Source of the DNA: Alphaproteobacteria bacterium
GTDB lineage: Bacteria; Pseudomonadota; Alphaproteobacteria; GCA-2731375
Reading direction: 5' to 3'
DNA length: 64,000 bases
Assembly: GCA_965232515.1 (NCBI GenBank)
Contig: CBDDPY010000002.1
Coordinates: forward strand, 448,001 to 512,000
Made by a program: the position numbers and the translations under genes. How positions within the stretch are numbered: position 1 is the stretch's first letter; every line of letters starts with the position of its first letter. The notes below the pieces were generated by a model. That model was not told the origin of the DNA, did no database searches, and was given only the letters and a program-made list of their open reading frames with translations. This document shows, one piece after another, positions 9,977 to 24,077 of this stretch.

Positions 9977-11638
9977 ATGACGGATCGATTGGCGATAGCG
10001 CTGGCCCAGCTCAACCCGACGGTGGGTGATATCGAGGGCAACGCGGCGAAAATCCGCGACGCCCGGGCCGAGGCCGCCCAGCTGGGCGCCGACCTCGTGG
10101 TTTATTCCGAGCTGGTCCTGGTCGGCTATCCGCCGGAGGATCTGGTGCTGAAGCCCGCCTTCCAGGACGATGCCGAGGCCGCCATCAAGGCGCTCGCCGG
10201 GGACACGGCGGACGGCGGCCCGGCCATGCTGGTGGGCACGCCCTGGCGCGACTCCGGCAACCTGCACAACGCCGTCGTGCTGCTGGACGCCGGCGAGGTG
10301 GCCGCGGTGCGGCTGAAGAACGACCTGCCAAACTACGGCGTCTTCGACGAGAAGCGGGTGTTCGCCGCGGGCCCGTTGCCGGGGCCGGTGAATTTCCGCG
10401 GCGTTCGCTTGGGCGTGCCGATCTGCGAGGACATCTGGACGCCGGATGTGTCGGAGTGTCTGGCCGAGACTGGCGCCGAAATCATCGTCGTGCCCAACGG
10501 CTCGCCGTTCGAGGCGGACAAATCAGATGTACGTCTGAACATGACAGTCGCCCGGATCAACGAAACCGGTCTGCCGTTCATCTATCTGAACCAGGTCGGG
10601 GGCCAGGACGAACTGGTCTTCGACGGCGGCTCGTTCGTGCTCAACACCGACCACAGCCTCGCCGTCCAGATGCCGATGTTCGAGGAGGCGATCCAGCTCA
10701 CGGTCTGGCAGCGCGACGGCGACGGCTGGCGCTGCGAGCCCGGCGCCCGGGTCGAGCCCACCAGCGGCCTGGAAGCGACCTATCTGGCCATGACGCTGGG
10801 TCTGCGCGACTATGTGAACAAGAACCGGTTTCCCGGTGTCGTGCTCGGCATGTCGGGCGGCATCGACTCCGCGCTCAGCGCCGCCGTGGCGGTCGACGCC
10901 CTCGGCCCCGGCCGGGTCTGGTGCGTGATGATGCCGTCGAAATACACCAGCCAATCCAGCCTGGACGACGCGGCGGCGGCGGCGACCCTGCTTGGCGCCC
11001 GGCTCGACACGGTCTCGATCGCGCCGGCCGTCGATGCCTTCGACGCCATGCTGGCCGACGTGTTCGCGGGCAAGGACCCGGACATCACCGAGGAGAATAT
11101 CCAGTCGCGTGCTCGCGGCATGTCGCTGATGGCGCTCTCCAACAAGTTCGGCCACATGCTGCTGACCACCGGCAACAAGTCCGAGATGTCGGTCGGCTAC
11201 GCCACGATCTATGGCGACATGGCAGGCGGCTATTCGGTCTTGAAGGACATCTACAAGACCGCGGTCTTCAACCTCTCGTCCTGGCGCAACCAGCGCAAGC
11301 CGGCTGGCGCGCTCGGCCCGGACGGCCGCGTCGTGCCCGAGAACATCATCACCAAGCCGCCGTCGGCCGAGCTCCGGCCCGATCAGAAGGACGAGGACTC
11401 GCTGCCGCCCTACGACGCGCTGGACGACATCCTGGAGTGTCTGGTCGAGAAGGAGATGGCGTTCGAGGAGATCGTCGCCCGCGGCCACGCCACCGATACG
11501 GTCAAACGCATCGAGCACTTGCTCTACATCGCCGAATACAAGCGCCGCCAGGCCCCACCCGGCGTCAAGGTCACCAGCCGCAACTTCGGCCGCGACCGCC
11601 GCTACCCCATCACCAACGCCTTCCGCGACGCGCGGTAA
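9977..11638 (+). CDS. nadE: Glutamine-dependent NAD+ synthetase
   Basis: Nitrilase domain (LPNYGVFDEKR, ICEDIW) plus synthetase domain (SGGIDS, TGNKSE, PSAELRPDQKDED, YKRRQAPPG). Confidence 0.95.
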   Translation: MTDRLAIALAQLNPTVGDIEGNAAKIRDARAEAAQLGADLVVYSELVLVGYPPEDLVLKPAFQDDAEAAIKALAGDTADGGPAMLVGTPWRDSGNLHNAVVLLDAGEVAAVRLKNDLPNYGVFDEKRVFAAGPLPGPVNFRGVRLGVPICEDIWTPDVSECLAETGAEIIVVPNGSPFEADKSDVRLNMTVARINETGLPFIYLNQVGGQDELVFDGGSFVLNTDHSLAVQMPMFEEAIQLTVWQRDGDGWRCEPGARVEPTSGLEATYLAMTLGLRDYVNKNRFPGVVLGMSGGIDSALSAAVAVDALGPGRVWCVMMPSKYTSQSSLDDAAAAATLLGARLDTVSIAPAVDAFDAMLADVFAGKDPDITEENIQSRARGMSLMALSNKFGHMLLTTGNKSEMSVGYATIYGDMAGGYSVLKDIYKTAVFNLSSWRNQRKPAGALGPDGRVVPENIITKPPSAELRPDQKDEDSLPPYDALDDILECLVEKEMAFEEIVARGHATDTVKRIEHLLYIAEYKRRQAPPGVKVTSRNFGRDRRYPITNAFRDAR

Positions 11639-11661
11639 CGGGCGGTGATAAGCGTCGTCGC

Positions 11662-11766
11662 CATGCTTCGAGACGCCCGCTAACGCGGGCTCCTCAGCAT
11701 GAGGCCATTGCCTAGTTTCCTCGGCCTTGTGCTGAGGAGCGCCCGTAGGGTGCGTCTCGAAGCATG
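11662..11766. repeat. REP-like family 1 inverted doublet (CTTCGAGAC-stem-loop-TCCTCAG)
   Basis: catgcttcgagacgcccgctaacgcgggctcctcagcatgagg (11662-11704) and an inverted copy at 11725-11766. Confidence 0.88.
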
Positions 11767-11885
11767 TCGCACCCATGGACCGCTTCGGTAGAATTTGCTA
11801 ACACTCACCGGTTCCGCCGGACGGATATTGCCGTCCCGCGGAAGAAACGTGATTAAATTCAATAGCTTAGACTGGAACTTCAGCC

Positions 11886-13207
<1,322 letters not shown>

Positions 13208-13211
<4 letters not shown>

Positions 13212-14827
13212 GCCGGGAACGCCTGTATCTGTTCGACACGACGCTGCGCGACGGCGCCCAGACTTCGGGCGTCGATTTCAGCGTCGAGGACAAGCGCGCC
13301 ATCGCGCTGGCGCTCGATGCGGCCGGCATCGACTATGTCGAGGGCGGCTGGCCCGGCGCCAATCCGACCGATACGGCGTTCTTCGAGCAGGCGCCGACAC
13401 TCGGTCGCGCCAAGTTCACGGCCTTCGGCATGACCAAGCGGCCGGGCCGCAGCGCCGCCAACGATCCTGGCCTCGCCGCCGTGCTGGGCGCTGGTTCGCC
13501 GGCCGTCTGCCTCGTCGGCAAGACCTGGGATTTCCACGTCGATGTCGCCTTCGGCATTCCGCTCAACGAGGCCGTCGATCTGGTCGGCGACAGCGTCGCC
13601 GCAACCGTCGAACGGGGCGCCGAGGCCCTCTTCGACGCCGAGCATTTCTTCGACGGCTACAAGGCGAACCCGGACTTCGCGCTGTCGTGTCTCAAGGCCG
13701 CGCTCGAGGCCGGCGCCCGTTGGGTCGTGCTCTGCGACACCAATGGCGGCACGCTGCCGCATGAGGTCGAGCGCATCGTCGGCGATGTCGCCGAGCAGCT
13801 GCCACACGACCGCCTCGGCATCCACACCCACAACGACACCGGCAACGCGGTCGCCAACAGCCTCGCCGCCGTGCGGGCCGGCGCCCGGCACGTGCAGGGC
13901 ACCATAAATGGCCTCGGCGAGCGCTGCGGCAACGCCAACCTGGTCTCGCTGATCCCGTCGCTGATGCTGAAGGACGGTTTCGCCGACAAGTTCGAAACCG
14001 GGATCGGCGAGGATCAACTCAAGCGGCTGACCTCGGTCTCGCGCCTCCTGGACGAGCTGCTGAACCGGGCGCCCGACCGGCACGCGCCTTACGTCGGCGC
14101 CGCCGCCTTCGCGCACAAGGGCGGCCTGCATGTCTCGGCCGTGCTGAAGGATCCGCGCAGCTACGAGCACGTCCAGCCCGAGGCCGTCGGCAACCAGCGC
14201 ACGGTGCTGGTCTCGAACCAGTCCGGCCGGTCCAACATCCTCTCGCGTCTGGCCGAGATCGGCATCGAGCTCGATCCTAAGCACCCGAAGATCGACCGCC
14301 TGCTGGAGGAGGTGAAGCAGCGCGAGTTCGAGGGCTATGCCTACGACGGCGCCGAGGCCAGCTTCGAGCTGATGGCCCGCCGCACGCTGGGCGATGTGCC
14401 GAATTACTTTGAGGTCGAAGGTTTCCGGGTCTCGGTCGAGCGTCGCTTTAACGCGCTCGGCAAGCTGGTGACGGTCTCGGAAGCCACCGTGAAGGTCACC
14501 GTCGACGGCCAGCAGATCATGTCCGTCGCCGAGGGCAATGGCCCCGTCAACGCCCTCGACCAGGCGCTCCGCAAGGACCTCGGCCGCTATGCGGCGGCGA
14601 TCGAGGACCTGCGGCTTGTCGACTACAAGGTGCGTATCCTCGACGGTGGCACCGAGGCCGTGACGCGGGTGCTGATCGAGAGCGCCGACGCCGCCGGTCA
14701 CCGTTGGTTCACGGTCGGCGTGTCGCCGAACATCGTCGACGCCTCGTTCGTCGCGCTTACCGACTCCATCGTCTACAAGCTCTACCGCGAGGGCGTGCGG
14801 GCCGTCGCCGACGCGGCCGCGGAGTAG
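13208..14827 (+). CDS. cimA: Citramalate synthase (alpha-IPM synthase family)
   Basis: DTTLRDGAQ, EGGWPGANP, DAEHFFDGYK, HTHND, GERCGNAN, AFAHKGGLH, GNGPVNALD. Confidence 0.9.
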
Positions 14828-14848
14828 CGCGCCGCCATCGCAAGAGCC

Positions 14849-15613
14849 ATGGCCGGCACCGATTCCACCCGCGATCCCGTGCTCGGCGGGCCGGCGATCA
14901 TCCTGGTCAAGCCGCAGATGGGCGAGAATATTGGCGCCGTCGCCCGCGCCATGCTGAATTTCGGCCTGACCGAGCTGCGCATCGTCGCGCCGCGCGACGG
15001 CTGGCCGAATGACAAGGCCTACGCCATGGCGAGCCGCGCCGATCAGGTGCTCGACGCAGCGCAGCTGTTCGACACAACAGAGGCGGCGATCGCCGACCTG
15101 ACCCGGATTTACGCCACGACCGCCCGGCGGCGCGACATGGTGAAGCCGGTGATGACGCCGCACGCTGCCGCCGCAGACATGGCCGCGACCCTGTCGGCCG
15201 GCGGCCGGGCAGGCGTGCTGTTCGGCGGCGAGCGGGCCGGGCTCGACAATGACGATGTGGCGCTCGCCGCGGCCATCGTCGAGGCGCCCACGAATCCCGC
15301 CTTCTCGTCGCTCAACCTGGCCCAGGCCGTGCTGCTGGTCGCCTACGAATGGTTCCAGGTCGGCGACGACCGGCCGCCGGTCATGCTCGACGCCGGCCGC
15401 ACGGCGGAAGCCGTCTCGGCCGCCGATCTGCTGATATTTTTCGAGCGTCTCGAGCGTGAGCTCGATGCCGGCGGATTCCTCAAACCGCCGGAAAAGCGGC
15501 CGACCATGATCCGCAACATCCGCAACATGTTCCAGCGCGCCGGCCTTACCGATCAGGAGGTCCGCACGCTCCAGGGCATCGTCTCGGCCCTTATCCGCCG
15601 GCGCGGCGATTAA
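14849..15613 (+). CDS. trmJ: TrmJ/LasT-family SPOUT RNA methyltransferase
   Basis: PQMGENIGAVARAMLNFGL, LFGGERAGL, SSLNLAQAV, EVRTLQG. Confidence 0.88.
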   Translation: MAGTDSTRDPVLGGPAIILVKPQMGENIGAVARAMLNFGLTELRIVAPRDGWPNDKAYAMASRADQVLDAAQLFDTTEAAIADLTRIYATTARRRDMVKPVMTPHAAAADMAATLSAGGRAGVLFGGERAGLDNDDVALAAAIVEAPTNPAFSSLNLAQAVLLVAYEWFQVGDDRPPVMLDAGRTAEAVSAADLLIFFERLERELDAGGFLKPPEKRPTMIRNIRNMFQRAGLTDQEVRTLQGIVSALIRRRGD

Positions 15614-15725
15614 CCATGGGTAACCGTTTGACAACACAGCCGCTTCGGGCTATGACCCGGCGTCCGCGCCGCCATAGGGCCGCGCGCGCTGCTGCTTGCA
15701 TCCATACGTCCGGAAAGAACGGTTA

Positions 15726-16340
15726 ATGACGAAGCGTCTACAGTCGAAATACAAGCTCAATCGGCGCCTGGGCCAGAACCTCTGGGGTCGCCCGAAGAGC
15801 CCCGTTAACAAGCGCGAATACGGCCCTGGCCAGCACGGCCAGCGCCGCCGTAAGCCGTCGGATTTCGGCGTTCAGCTCGCCGCCAAGCAACAGCTCAAGG
15901 GTTACTACGGCAACATCACCGAACGGCAGTTCCGTCGTGCCTATCAAGAGGCGGTCAGCGCCCGGGGCGACACGGTCGAAAACCTGATCGGCTTGCTCGA
16001 ACGCCGGCTCGACGCCGTGATCTATCGCATGAAGTTCGTGCCGACGGTGTTCTCGGCCCGGCAGTTCATCAACCACGGCCATGTCAAGGTGAACGGCCAC
16101 CGCGTTAACATCCCCAGCTACCGGGTGCGCGAGGGCGACGTGATCGAGGTCAAAGAGAAGTCGCGCGAGCTGCCGCTGGTGCTGGAGGCGGTCGAGTCGT
16201 CCGAGCGCGACGTGCCGGAATACATGGACGTCGACTTCAAGAAGATGGTCGGCACCTTCGTGCGCACGCCGAAGTTCGCCGACGTGCCCTATCCGGTCCA
16301 GATGGAACCCAATCTGGTGATCGAGTACTACTCGCGCTGA
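15726..16340 (+). CDS. rpsD: 30S ribosomal protein S4
   Basis: [10 protein letters not shown]...[10 protein letters not shown]...[28 protein letters not shown]. Confidence 0.97.
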   Translation: MTKRLQSKYKLNRRLGQNLWGRPKSPVNKREYGPGQHGQRRRKPSDFGVQLAAKQQLKGYYGNITERQFRRAYQEAVSARGDTVENLIGLLERRLDAVIYRMKFVPTVFSARQFINHGHVKVNGHRVNIPSYRVREGDVIEVKEKSRELPLVLEAVESSERDVPEYMDVDFKKMVGTFVRTPKFADVPYPVQMEPNLVIEYYSR

Positions 16341-16361
16341 TCCGGATAAGTCACTGATCTC

Positions 16362-16389
16362 AAAGGGCCGCCACGACGCGGCCCTTTTT
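16362..16389 (+). terminator. Intrinsic terminator after rpsD
   Basis: aaagggccgc-cacgac-gcggcccttt followed by T-tract. Confidence 0.85.
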
Positions 16390-16418
16390 CGTTTCGGTGC
16401 CGTCGAACTTTCTGCACG

Positions 16419-16516
16419 CACCCTTCGAGACGCGACTTCGCCGCTCCTCAGGGTGAGGGAGGTTGTCTAATGCTCCTCGCCCTGAGGAGGCCCCGCCAGG
16501 GCCGTCTCGAAGGGCG
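16419..16516. repeat. REP-like family 1 inverted doublet (left of the GIY-YIG relic)
   Basis: cacccttcgagacgcgacttcgccgctcctcagggtgagg (16419-16458) and inverted cctcgccctgaggagg...gtctcgaagggcg (16475-16516). Confidence 0.88.
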
Positions 16517-16808
16517 ACGTGCCGGATGTTCTCCGCCTAGAAAGCGCTTTCAGAGCCGCAAAGTCTCCGCGTATCAGAGCCTCTTTCTTGGCACGGCTCC
16601 ATCCCTTCAGTTGCCGCTCGGCGGCGATCGCATCGGTGATGCGTTCGAAGTGCCGATGAAAGACGGGCTCGACGGGACGCCGGCGCTTTGTATAGCCGCC
16701 GTATGTGCCAGCGTTGTGTTCTGCGACTCGACTTTCGAGGCTGGTTCGGGTCGAACCGACATAATAGCTCCCGTCGGCGCAGCCCAGGATTTAGACGAAG
16801 GCCGTCAC
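16467..16808 (-). pseudogene. GIY-YIG nuclease (UPF0213/YhbQ-like) with a nonsense codon at codon 6
   Basis: Manual translation from GTG 16808: MTAFV*ILGCADGSYYVGSTRTSLESRVAEHNAGTYGGYTKRRRPVEPVFHRHFERITDAIAAERQLKGWSRAKKEALI... TAA at 16793-16791 replaces the Tyr of the (V)YIL motif. Absent from the ORF track. Confidence 0.9.
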
Positions 16809-16830
16809 TACTCTGCCAATGTCTCGCCAG

Positions 16831-16937
16831 CACCCTTCGAGACGCGGCTTCGCCGCTCCTCAGGGTGAGGGAATGCTTTTGATATCAACACGTTACCTCA
16901 TGCTGAGGAGCCGGCGAAGCCGGCGTCTCGAAGCATG
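16831..16937. repeat. REP-like family 1 inverted doublet (right of the GIY-YIG relic)
   Basis: cacccttcgagacgcggcttcgccgctcctcagggtgagg (16831-16870) and inverted cctcatgctgaggagccggcgaagccggcgtctcgaagcatg (16896-16937). Confidence 0.88.
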
Positions 16938-16967
16938 CGATATCAGTCACCGGCAACGGCCGCTCGC

Positions 16968-17990
16968 TCACCCTGCCAGCGTCTGCCGCAGGTAGTCGGC
17001 GATCTCGCCGAGCGCCCGGTCACCTTCCGGGATCACGCGGGTGAGGATCACGAAGGCGTGGATCTGGCCGTCATAGTCGAGGCGTGTCACCGGCACGCCG
17101 GCGGCACTCAGCTTGTCGGCATACTGCCGGCCCTCGTCACGCAGCGGATCGAAGCCGCCGGTCAGCATCAGCGTCGGCGGCAGCCCCTTCAAGTCTTCGG
17201 CCAGTAGCGGCGAGGCCCGGAGATCGGTCAGCTCGGACGGATCGTTCAGGTATTGCGCCGCATACCAGTCCATGCGGTCGCGCGGAATGATGTAGGCCTC
17301 GCGCAGTTCGTCATGGCTGGGCGTCGACATGGTGAAGTCGGTTGCCGGATAGATCAGTACCTGGCAGGTGGGCACCTGCTCGCCGGCCGCGGCCGTCTGC
17401 TGCGACACCACGGCCGCCAGGTTGCCGCCGGCGCTGTCGCCGCCGACGCCGATACGCGCCGGATCGCCGCCGATCTCGGCCGCGTTCCGCGTCAGCCATC
17501 GGTAGGCCGCGAGACAGTCGTCCACCGCCGCTGGAAACTTGTGCTCGGGCGCGAGGCGGTAATCGACCGCCATGATCAAGCAGTCGCTGCGGTGGGCGAG
17601 CTTCAGGCAGGCCTGGTGATGCGTTTCCAGATCGCCTTGCACCCAACCGCCGCCGTGAAAGAAACACAAGACGGGCAGGGGAGGTCCATCACTAATCGGC
17701 GGCGTATAGATCCGCACTGGCAGATCGCCTGCTGGGCCTGGGATCGTTCGATCCTCTGTCGCGACCGTGGCCGGTCCCGGCGCGTCCATCAGTTCGACCA
17801 TACGCCGGGTCTGCGCCCGGCCTTCTTCCGGCGTCGGGACCTGGCCTGGCACCCGGATCGACTGGCTGAACTGACCGACCAGCTGCGCCTTGGGGTCCAT
17901 GGCGTGGCCGTTCAGGCGCTCACGCCGGCCCAGCAGGTACACCGGCGCCAACCACGCCGGCATGCGCGTCAGCGCGAACCCAACCATCAT
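16968..17990 (-). CDS. Alpha/beta hydrolase, HSL-family esterase/lipase
   Basis: HGGGW, DYRLAPEH, GDSAGGNLA, DPLRDEG, GQIHAF. Confidence 0.9.
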   Translation of the reverse strand: MMVGFALTRMPAWLAPVYLLGRRERLNGHAMDPKAQLVGQFSQSIRVPGQVPTPEEGRAQTRRMVELMDAPGPATVATEDRTIPGPAGDLPVRIYTPPISDGPPLPVLCFFHGGGWVQGDLETHHQACLKLAHRSDCLIMAVDYRLAPEHKFPAAVDDCLAAYRWLTRNAAEIGGDPARIGVGGDSAGGNLAAVVSQQTAAAGEQVPTCQVLIYPATDFTMSTPSHDELREAYIIPRDRMDWYAAQYLNDPSELTDLRASPLLAEDLKGLPPTLMLTGGFDPLRDEGRQYADKLSAAGVPVTRLDYDGQIHAFVILTRVIPEGDRALGEIADYLRQTLAG

Positions 17991-18051
17991 GTCGACGACC
18001 TCCGCGGCGTTTTCGCCTTATGTGCCGCGGAGTATAGCGTCGGGCGGGCGT

Positions 18052-18402
18052 TCAGTCCTTCTCGAACATGCCCAGGTTGAGATCGACTTGTTTGCCCATC
18101 CAGATCGGGGAGTCGCGATGATCGATCAGGTCGTCGCCGGTCTGCGGGTGTAGGAAGACCGTCAGACCCTCGCGGTTCAGCATCAGCCACGGCACGATCT
18201 GATCGAAGATCTCGGGTTGAAAGTGGATCTGATAGCTCCACATCGGATGCGGGCCGATCGGCTTTTCGTGCCAGCGGCCCATGCGCACGTCGAAAAGTTC
18301 TTCGACGCGCTTGCGCACGCGCTGCGCCTCGTCGCGGTGGTCCGCATCGAAGTAGACGTGCGCGTGATAGTCCTTGATGTCGGACGCAGGCGCTTCAGCC
18401 AT
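18052..18402 (-). CDS. DOPA 4,5-dioxygenase family protein
   Basis: DYHAHVYF, PIGPHPMWSYQ, WLMLNREGLTVFLHP, DH...WMG. Start at ATG 18402. Confidence 0.88.
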   Translation of the reverse strand: MAEAPASDIKDYHAHVYFDADHRDEAQRVRKRVEELFDVRMGRWHEKPIGPHPMWSYQIHFQPEIFDQIVPWLMLNREGLTVFLHPQTGDDLIDHRDSPIWMGKQVDLNLGMFEKD

Positions 18403-18404
18403 GG

Positions 18405-18743
18405 TCAGGCCGCGACGGTCGCCACGCCCTTCTGACCCATCATGGTCTGCAGTTCGCCGGCCTCGAACATCTCGCGGATGATGTCGCAGCCGCCGACGAA
18501 CTCGCCCTTCACATAGAGCTGCGGGATCGTCGGCCAGTTGCTGAATTCCTTGACGCCCTGGCGCAGCTCGGGGTCCTGCAGGATGTCGATGCCCTTGAAC
18601 TTGACGCCCATGTGGGTCAGCACCTGCACAACGACGGCGGAGAATCCGCACTGCGGAAACACCGGGGTGCCCTTCATGAACAGCACGACGTCGTTGCCGT
18701 CGATCTCCTGCTGGATGCGGTCGAAGACGGGATTCTCGCTCAT
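18405..18743 (-). CDS. grxD: Monothiol glutaredoxin Grx4
   Basis: [34 protein letters not shown]. Confidence 0.95.
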   Translation of the reverse strand: MSENPVFDRIQQEIDGNDVVLFMKGTPVFPQCGFSAVVVQVLTHMGVKFKGIDILQDPELRQGVKEFSNWPTIPQLYVKGEFVGGCDIIREMFEAGELQTMMGQKGVATVAA

Positions 18744-18771
18744 ATCAGATCTCTCCTGTTCCGGCGGCCAA

Positions 18772-19008
18772 TCAGGATTCCGGCACGGCCGTCTGCAATG
18801 CCAATGCATGCAACTGGCCGCCCATGCGGCCCTGTAGCGCCTGATACACCATCTGATGCTGCTGCACGCGGGTCTTCCCTTCGAAGGCGGCGGATACGAC
18901 ATGTGCGGCGTAATGGTCGCCGTCGCCGCGAAGGTCCTCGATCGTCACCTTCGCGTCGGGCAGACCCTCGCGGATCAGCCGTTCGATCTCCGCCGCATCC
19001 ATCGCCAT
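18772..19008 (-). CDS. bolA: BolA family protein
   Basis: [24 protein letters not shown]; adjacent to grxD. Confidence 0.92.
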   Translation of the reverse strand: MAMDAAEIERLIREGLPDAKVTIEDLRGDGDHYAAHVVSAAFEGKTRVQQHQMVYQALQGRMGGQLHALALQTAVPES

Positions 19009-19025
19009 GTCTAGATCCCTTCGGT

Positions 19026-21224
<2,199 letters not shown>

Positions 21225-21229
21225 GGGCG

Positions 21230-21913
21230 TCAGGCGAGGGCGGTCGCGAGGCCGTCGAACAGCGTCCGCCCGTCGTTGCCACCGTGCGTCGGATCGGCGG
21301 CCCGTTCCGGGTGCGGCATCATGCCGAGGATGGTCCGCTCGGTATTGAAAATGCCGGCGATGTCGCGGGCCGAGCCGTTTGGATTGGCGTCTCCGACGGC
21401 GTCGCCGTCGCAATAGCGAAAGGCGATCTGGCCGTTGTCGGCCAGGCGGTCGAGCGTGTCGTCGTCGGCGTAATACTGGCCGTCGTGGTGGGCCACCGGA
21501 ATGCGCAGCACCTGGCCCGCCTCGTAGGCGCTGGTGAACATGGTCTGGCTGTCCGCGACGGCGATATTCACGTCCCGGCTGACGAATTTCAGGCTGGCGT
21601 TCGGCAGCAGCGCGCCCGGCAGCAGGCCGGTCTCCAACAGCACCTGGAAGCCGTTGCAGATGCCCAGTACCGGCACGCCGCGTTCGGCCCGCGCCTTGAC
21701 CTCGCGCATCACCGGCGACTGCGCCGCCATGGCGCCGCAGCGCAGATAGTCGCCATAGGCGAAGCCGCCCGGCAGCACGATCAGGTCGACATCCGGCAGC
21801 TCGCTGTCGGCATGCCAGACCATCTCGACCTTCTGGCCGGTACTGGCCTCGAGCGCGACCTGGACGTCACGGTCGCAGTTTGAGCCGGGAAATACGATGA
21901 CGGCTGCTTTCAT
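21230..21913 (-). CDS. purQ: Phosphoribosylformylglycinamidine synthase subunit PurQ
   Basis: [35 protein letters not shown]. Confidence 0.96.
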   Translation of the reverse strand: MKAAVIVFPGSNCDRDVQVALEASTGQKVEMVWHADSELPDVDLIVLPGGFAYGDYLRCGAMAAQSPVMREVKARAERGVPVLGICNGFQVLLETGLLPGALLPNASLKFVSRDVNIAVADSQTMFTSAYEAGQVLRIPVAHHDGQYYADDDTLDRLADNGQIAFRYCDGDAVGDANPNGSARDIAGIFNTERTILGMMPHPERAADPTHGGNDGRTLFDGLATALA

Positions 21914-22031
21914 GAACGTTCCCGCTTTAGGCAGATCCGGACGAGATCGATGTTTCCGTCGGCCGCCGAGGCCGGTCGACAGGCCGAACTGAACACGAGA
22001 AAAGCGTTATCGGTGATTCGACTGCCCGCGC

Positions 22032-22274
22032 TCAATCGACCAGCTCGATGGCGTAGTCTTCGATCACCGTGTTGGCCAGCAGGCGGTCGCACATCTCGGC
22101 CACGCGCCGTTCGGCGGCGGCCCGGTCGGTCTCGCTCAGCTCCAGCTCGATCAGCTTGCCTTGCCGGACCTCGCCGACGCCGTCGAAGCCAATGTTTCCA
22201 AGGGCATGCGCGATGGCCTTACCCTGGGGGTCGAGAACGCCGTGCTTCGGATAGATATGGACGCGTGCCTTCAA
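22032..22274 (-). CDS. purS: Phosphoribosylformylglycinamidine synthase subunit PurS
   Basis: VLDPQGKAI, VRQGK, LLANTVIEDY. TTG start. Confidence 0.94.
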   Translation of the reverse strand: MKARVHIYPKHGVLDPQGKAIAHALGNIGFDGVGEVRQGKLIELELSETDRAAAERRVAEMCDRLLANTVIEDYAIELVD

Positions 22275-22283
22275 GCCCGGGAC

Positions 22284-23048
22284 CTATTGCATGATCGCCG
22301 GCCCCTTCAGGTCGCGGGGGCCGCCCTCGGGCAGGATGCCCAGGCGCCGCGCCACTTCCTGGTAGGCTTCGGCAACGCCGCCAAGATCGCGGCGGAAACG
22401 GTCCTTGTCCAGCTTTTCGTTGCTTTCGATGTCCCACAGCCGGCAGCTGTCCGGGCTGATCTCGTCGGCCAGCACGATCCGCACGTCGTCGTTCTGGTAG
22501 AGGCGGCCGAACTCGCACTTGAAGTCGACCAGCCGGATGCCGACGCCGATGAACAGACCATAAAGGAAATCGTTGATCCGGAGCGCCAGCGACATCACCT
22601 CGTCCAGCTCCGACGGGCTCGCCCAGCCAAAGCAGGTGATGTGCTCCTCGGTCACCAGCGGATCGCTCAAGTCGTCGGATTTGTAGCAGTACTCCACGAT
22701 CGACCGCGGCAGCGGCGTGCCTTCGGTGATGCCGAGGCGCTTGGTGATCGAACCGGCGGCGACGTTGCGCACGATGACCTCGATCGGGATGATTTCAACT
22801 TCTCGAATCAATTGCTCGCGCATATTCAACCGGCGCACGAAATGCGTCGGCACGCCGATCTCGCTGAGCCGCGTCATGATATATTCGGAGATGCGGTTGT
22901 TCAGCACCCCCTTGCCGGTGATGATGCCCTGCTTTTCGTTGTTGAAAGCGGTGGCGTCATCCTTGAAATACTGCACCAAAGTGCCGGGTTCGGGCCCTTC
23001 GAAGAGTACCTTCGCCTTGCCCTCGTAGACCTTGCGGCGCCGTGCCAT
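22284..23048 (-). CDS. purC: SAICAR synthetase
   Basis: [44 protein letters not shown]. Confidence 0.96.
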   Translation of the reverse strand: MARRRKVYEGKAKVLFEGPEPGTLVQYFKDDATAFNNEKQGIITGKGVLNNRISEYIMTRLSEIGVPTHFVRRLNMREQLIREVEIIPIEVIVRNVAAGSITKRLGITEGTPLPRSIVEYCYKSDDLSDPLVTEEHITCFGWASPSELDEVMSLALRINDFLYGLFIGVGIRLVDFKCEFGRLYQNDDVRIVLADEISPDSCRLWDIESNEKLDKDRFRRDLGGVAEAYQEVARRLGILPEGGPRDLKGPAIMQ

Positions 23049-23275
23049 GGAAGCTGTCCTCGAACGAGGTTAATAGGACGTAAGGCCGCCGGTCGGCAGC
23101 CACATCCCTCAATTCCGATATAGCCTATTCGTCTTGACGAAACAACGATACGCGAGCGTGATTAACCTTTTATGCCCGCGCATCGGCACCAGATATGAGG
23201 TTGAACACAGGTCGGGACAAGGTTATGCGTTGCAGAGCGTTGCGCCCGCAAAATTTCGCGAGGGAGATCCGGTAA

Positions 23276-23596
23276 ATGAACAGCTTCAACGATAGGGAAA
23301 AGGCGTTCGAGGCGAAATACGCGCACGACCAGGAGACGAATTTCAAGATCAATGCCCGGCGCAACAAGCTCCTGGGCCTCTGGGCCGCGGCCGAGATGGG
23401 CCTGACGGGCGATGCCGCCGACGCCTATGCCAAGGACGTGATCAAGTCGGATTTCGAGGAAGCCGGCGACGAAGACGTGTTCCGTAAAGTGTGGGGCGAC
23501 CTTCAGGCCAAGGGTTCGGACATCTCCGAGCACCGCCTGCGCCAGCGCATGGCCGATCTGCTGGAAGAAGCGCGGCAGCAGATCACCAGCGAGTAG
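23276..23596 (+). CDS. DUF1476 protein (zeta subunit / F1Fo-ATPase inhibitor of Alphaproteobacteria)
   Basis: MNSFNDREKAFEAKYAHDQE...ARRNKLLGLWAA...DFEEAGDEDVFRKV. Confidence 0.88.
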   Translation: MNSFNDREKAFEAKYAHDQETNFKINARRNKLLGLWAAAEMGLTGDAADAYAKDVIKSDFEEAGDEDVFRKVWGDLQAKGSDISEHRLRQRMADLLEEARQQITSE

Positions 23597-23600
23597 AACC

Positions 23601-24077
23601 GTGGCCGGCCTGCCCAGGTTCTGGTCCGCCGGACTGGCGGCCGTCTGTCTGACGGGGGTGCTGGTCGGCTGTTCTTGGGGGCCGGGCACGCGGATCAGCG
23701 ATCCGGTGTTGCCCGGCGCCGACATCCTGTCGCTCATGCACGGCAATACCTTCCGGGCCCGCACCGAGGCCGGCGCCGATGTCGCCATTTATTACCGTGA
23801 TGACGGCGAAGTCTTCATGCGTGGTCTGAAGAATTCGGGCGAACCCATTATCGATTCAGGGATTTGGTCTGTCGAATCCGATCGGCTCTGCACCCGCTGG
23901 AACAACATCCGCCGCCAGGCCAAGACCTGCGAGTGGGTGACCAACCGCGGCGGCGTCATCCGCACCTACGATCCCATCGGCAACCCGACCGCCAGCGGCC
24001 GTCTCTACGCCGGCAACCCCAACCGCGCCGACACCCTGCCGCAGGTCCCGCCGATCAAGGAACGCGCCGGGGGCTAG
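23601..24077 (+). CDS. Hypothetical lipoprotein (DUF995-like beta domain)
   Basis: Signal peptide ending LVGC; GNT, D-GIWSVESDRLCTRW...C pattern. Confidence 0.65.
   Translation: MAGLPRFWSAGLAAVCLTGVLVGCSWGPGTRISDPVLPGADILSLMHGNTFRARTEAGADVAIYYRDDGEVFMRGLKNSGEPIIDSGIWSVESDRLCTRWNNIRRQAKTCEWVTNRGGVIRTYDPIGNPTASGRLYAGNPNRADTLPQVPPIKERAGG

Noticed and set aside
16791-16793. Programmed readthrough of the GIY-YIG stop codon
   Set aside because: TAA is not a usual recoded codon and is one substitution from TAC/TAT; a nonsense mutation or sequencing error is simpler.
16470-16882. Track ORFs 16470-16868 (+), 16537-16833 (-) and 16688-16882 (+)
   Set aside because: Off-frame or antisense readings of the GIY-YIG pseudogene and the REPs.
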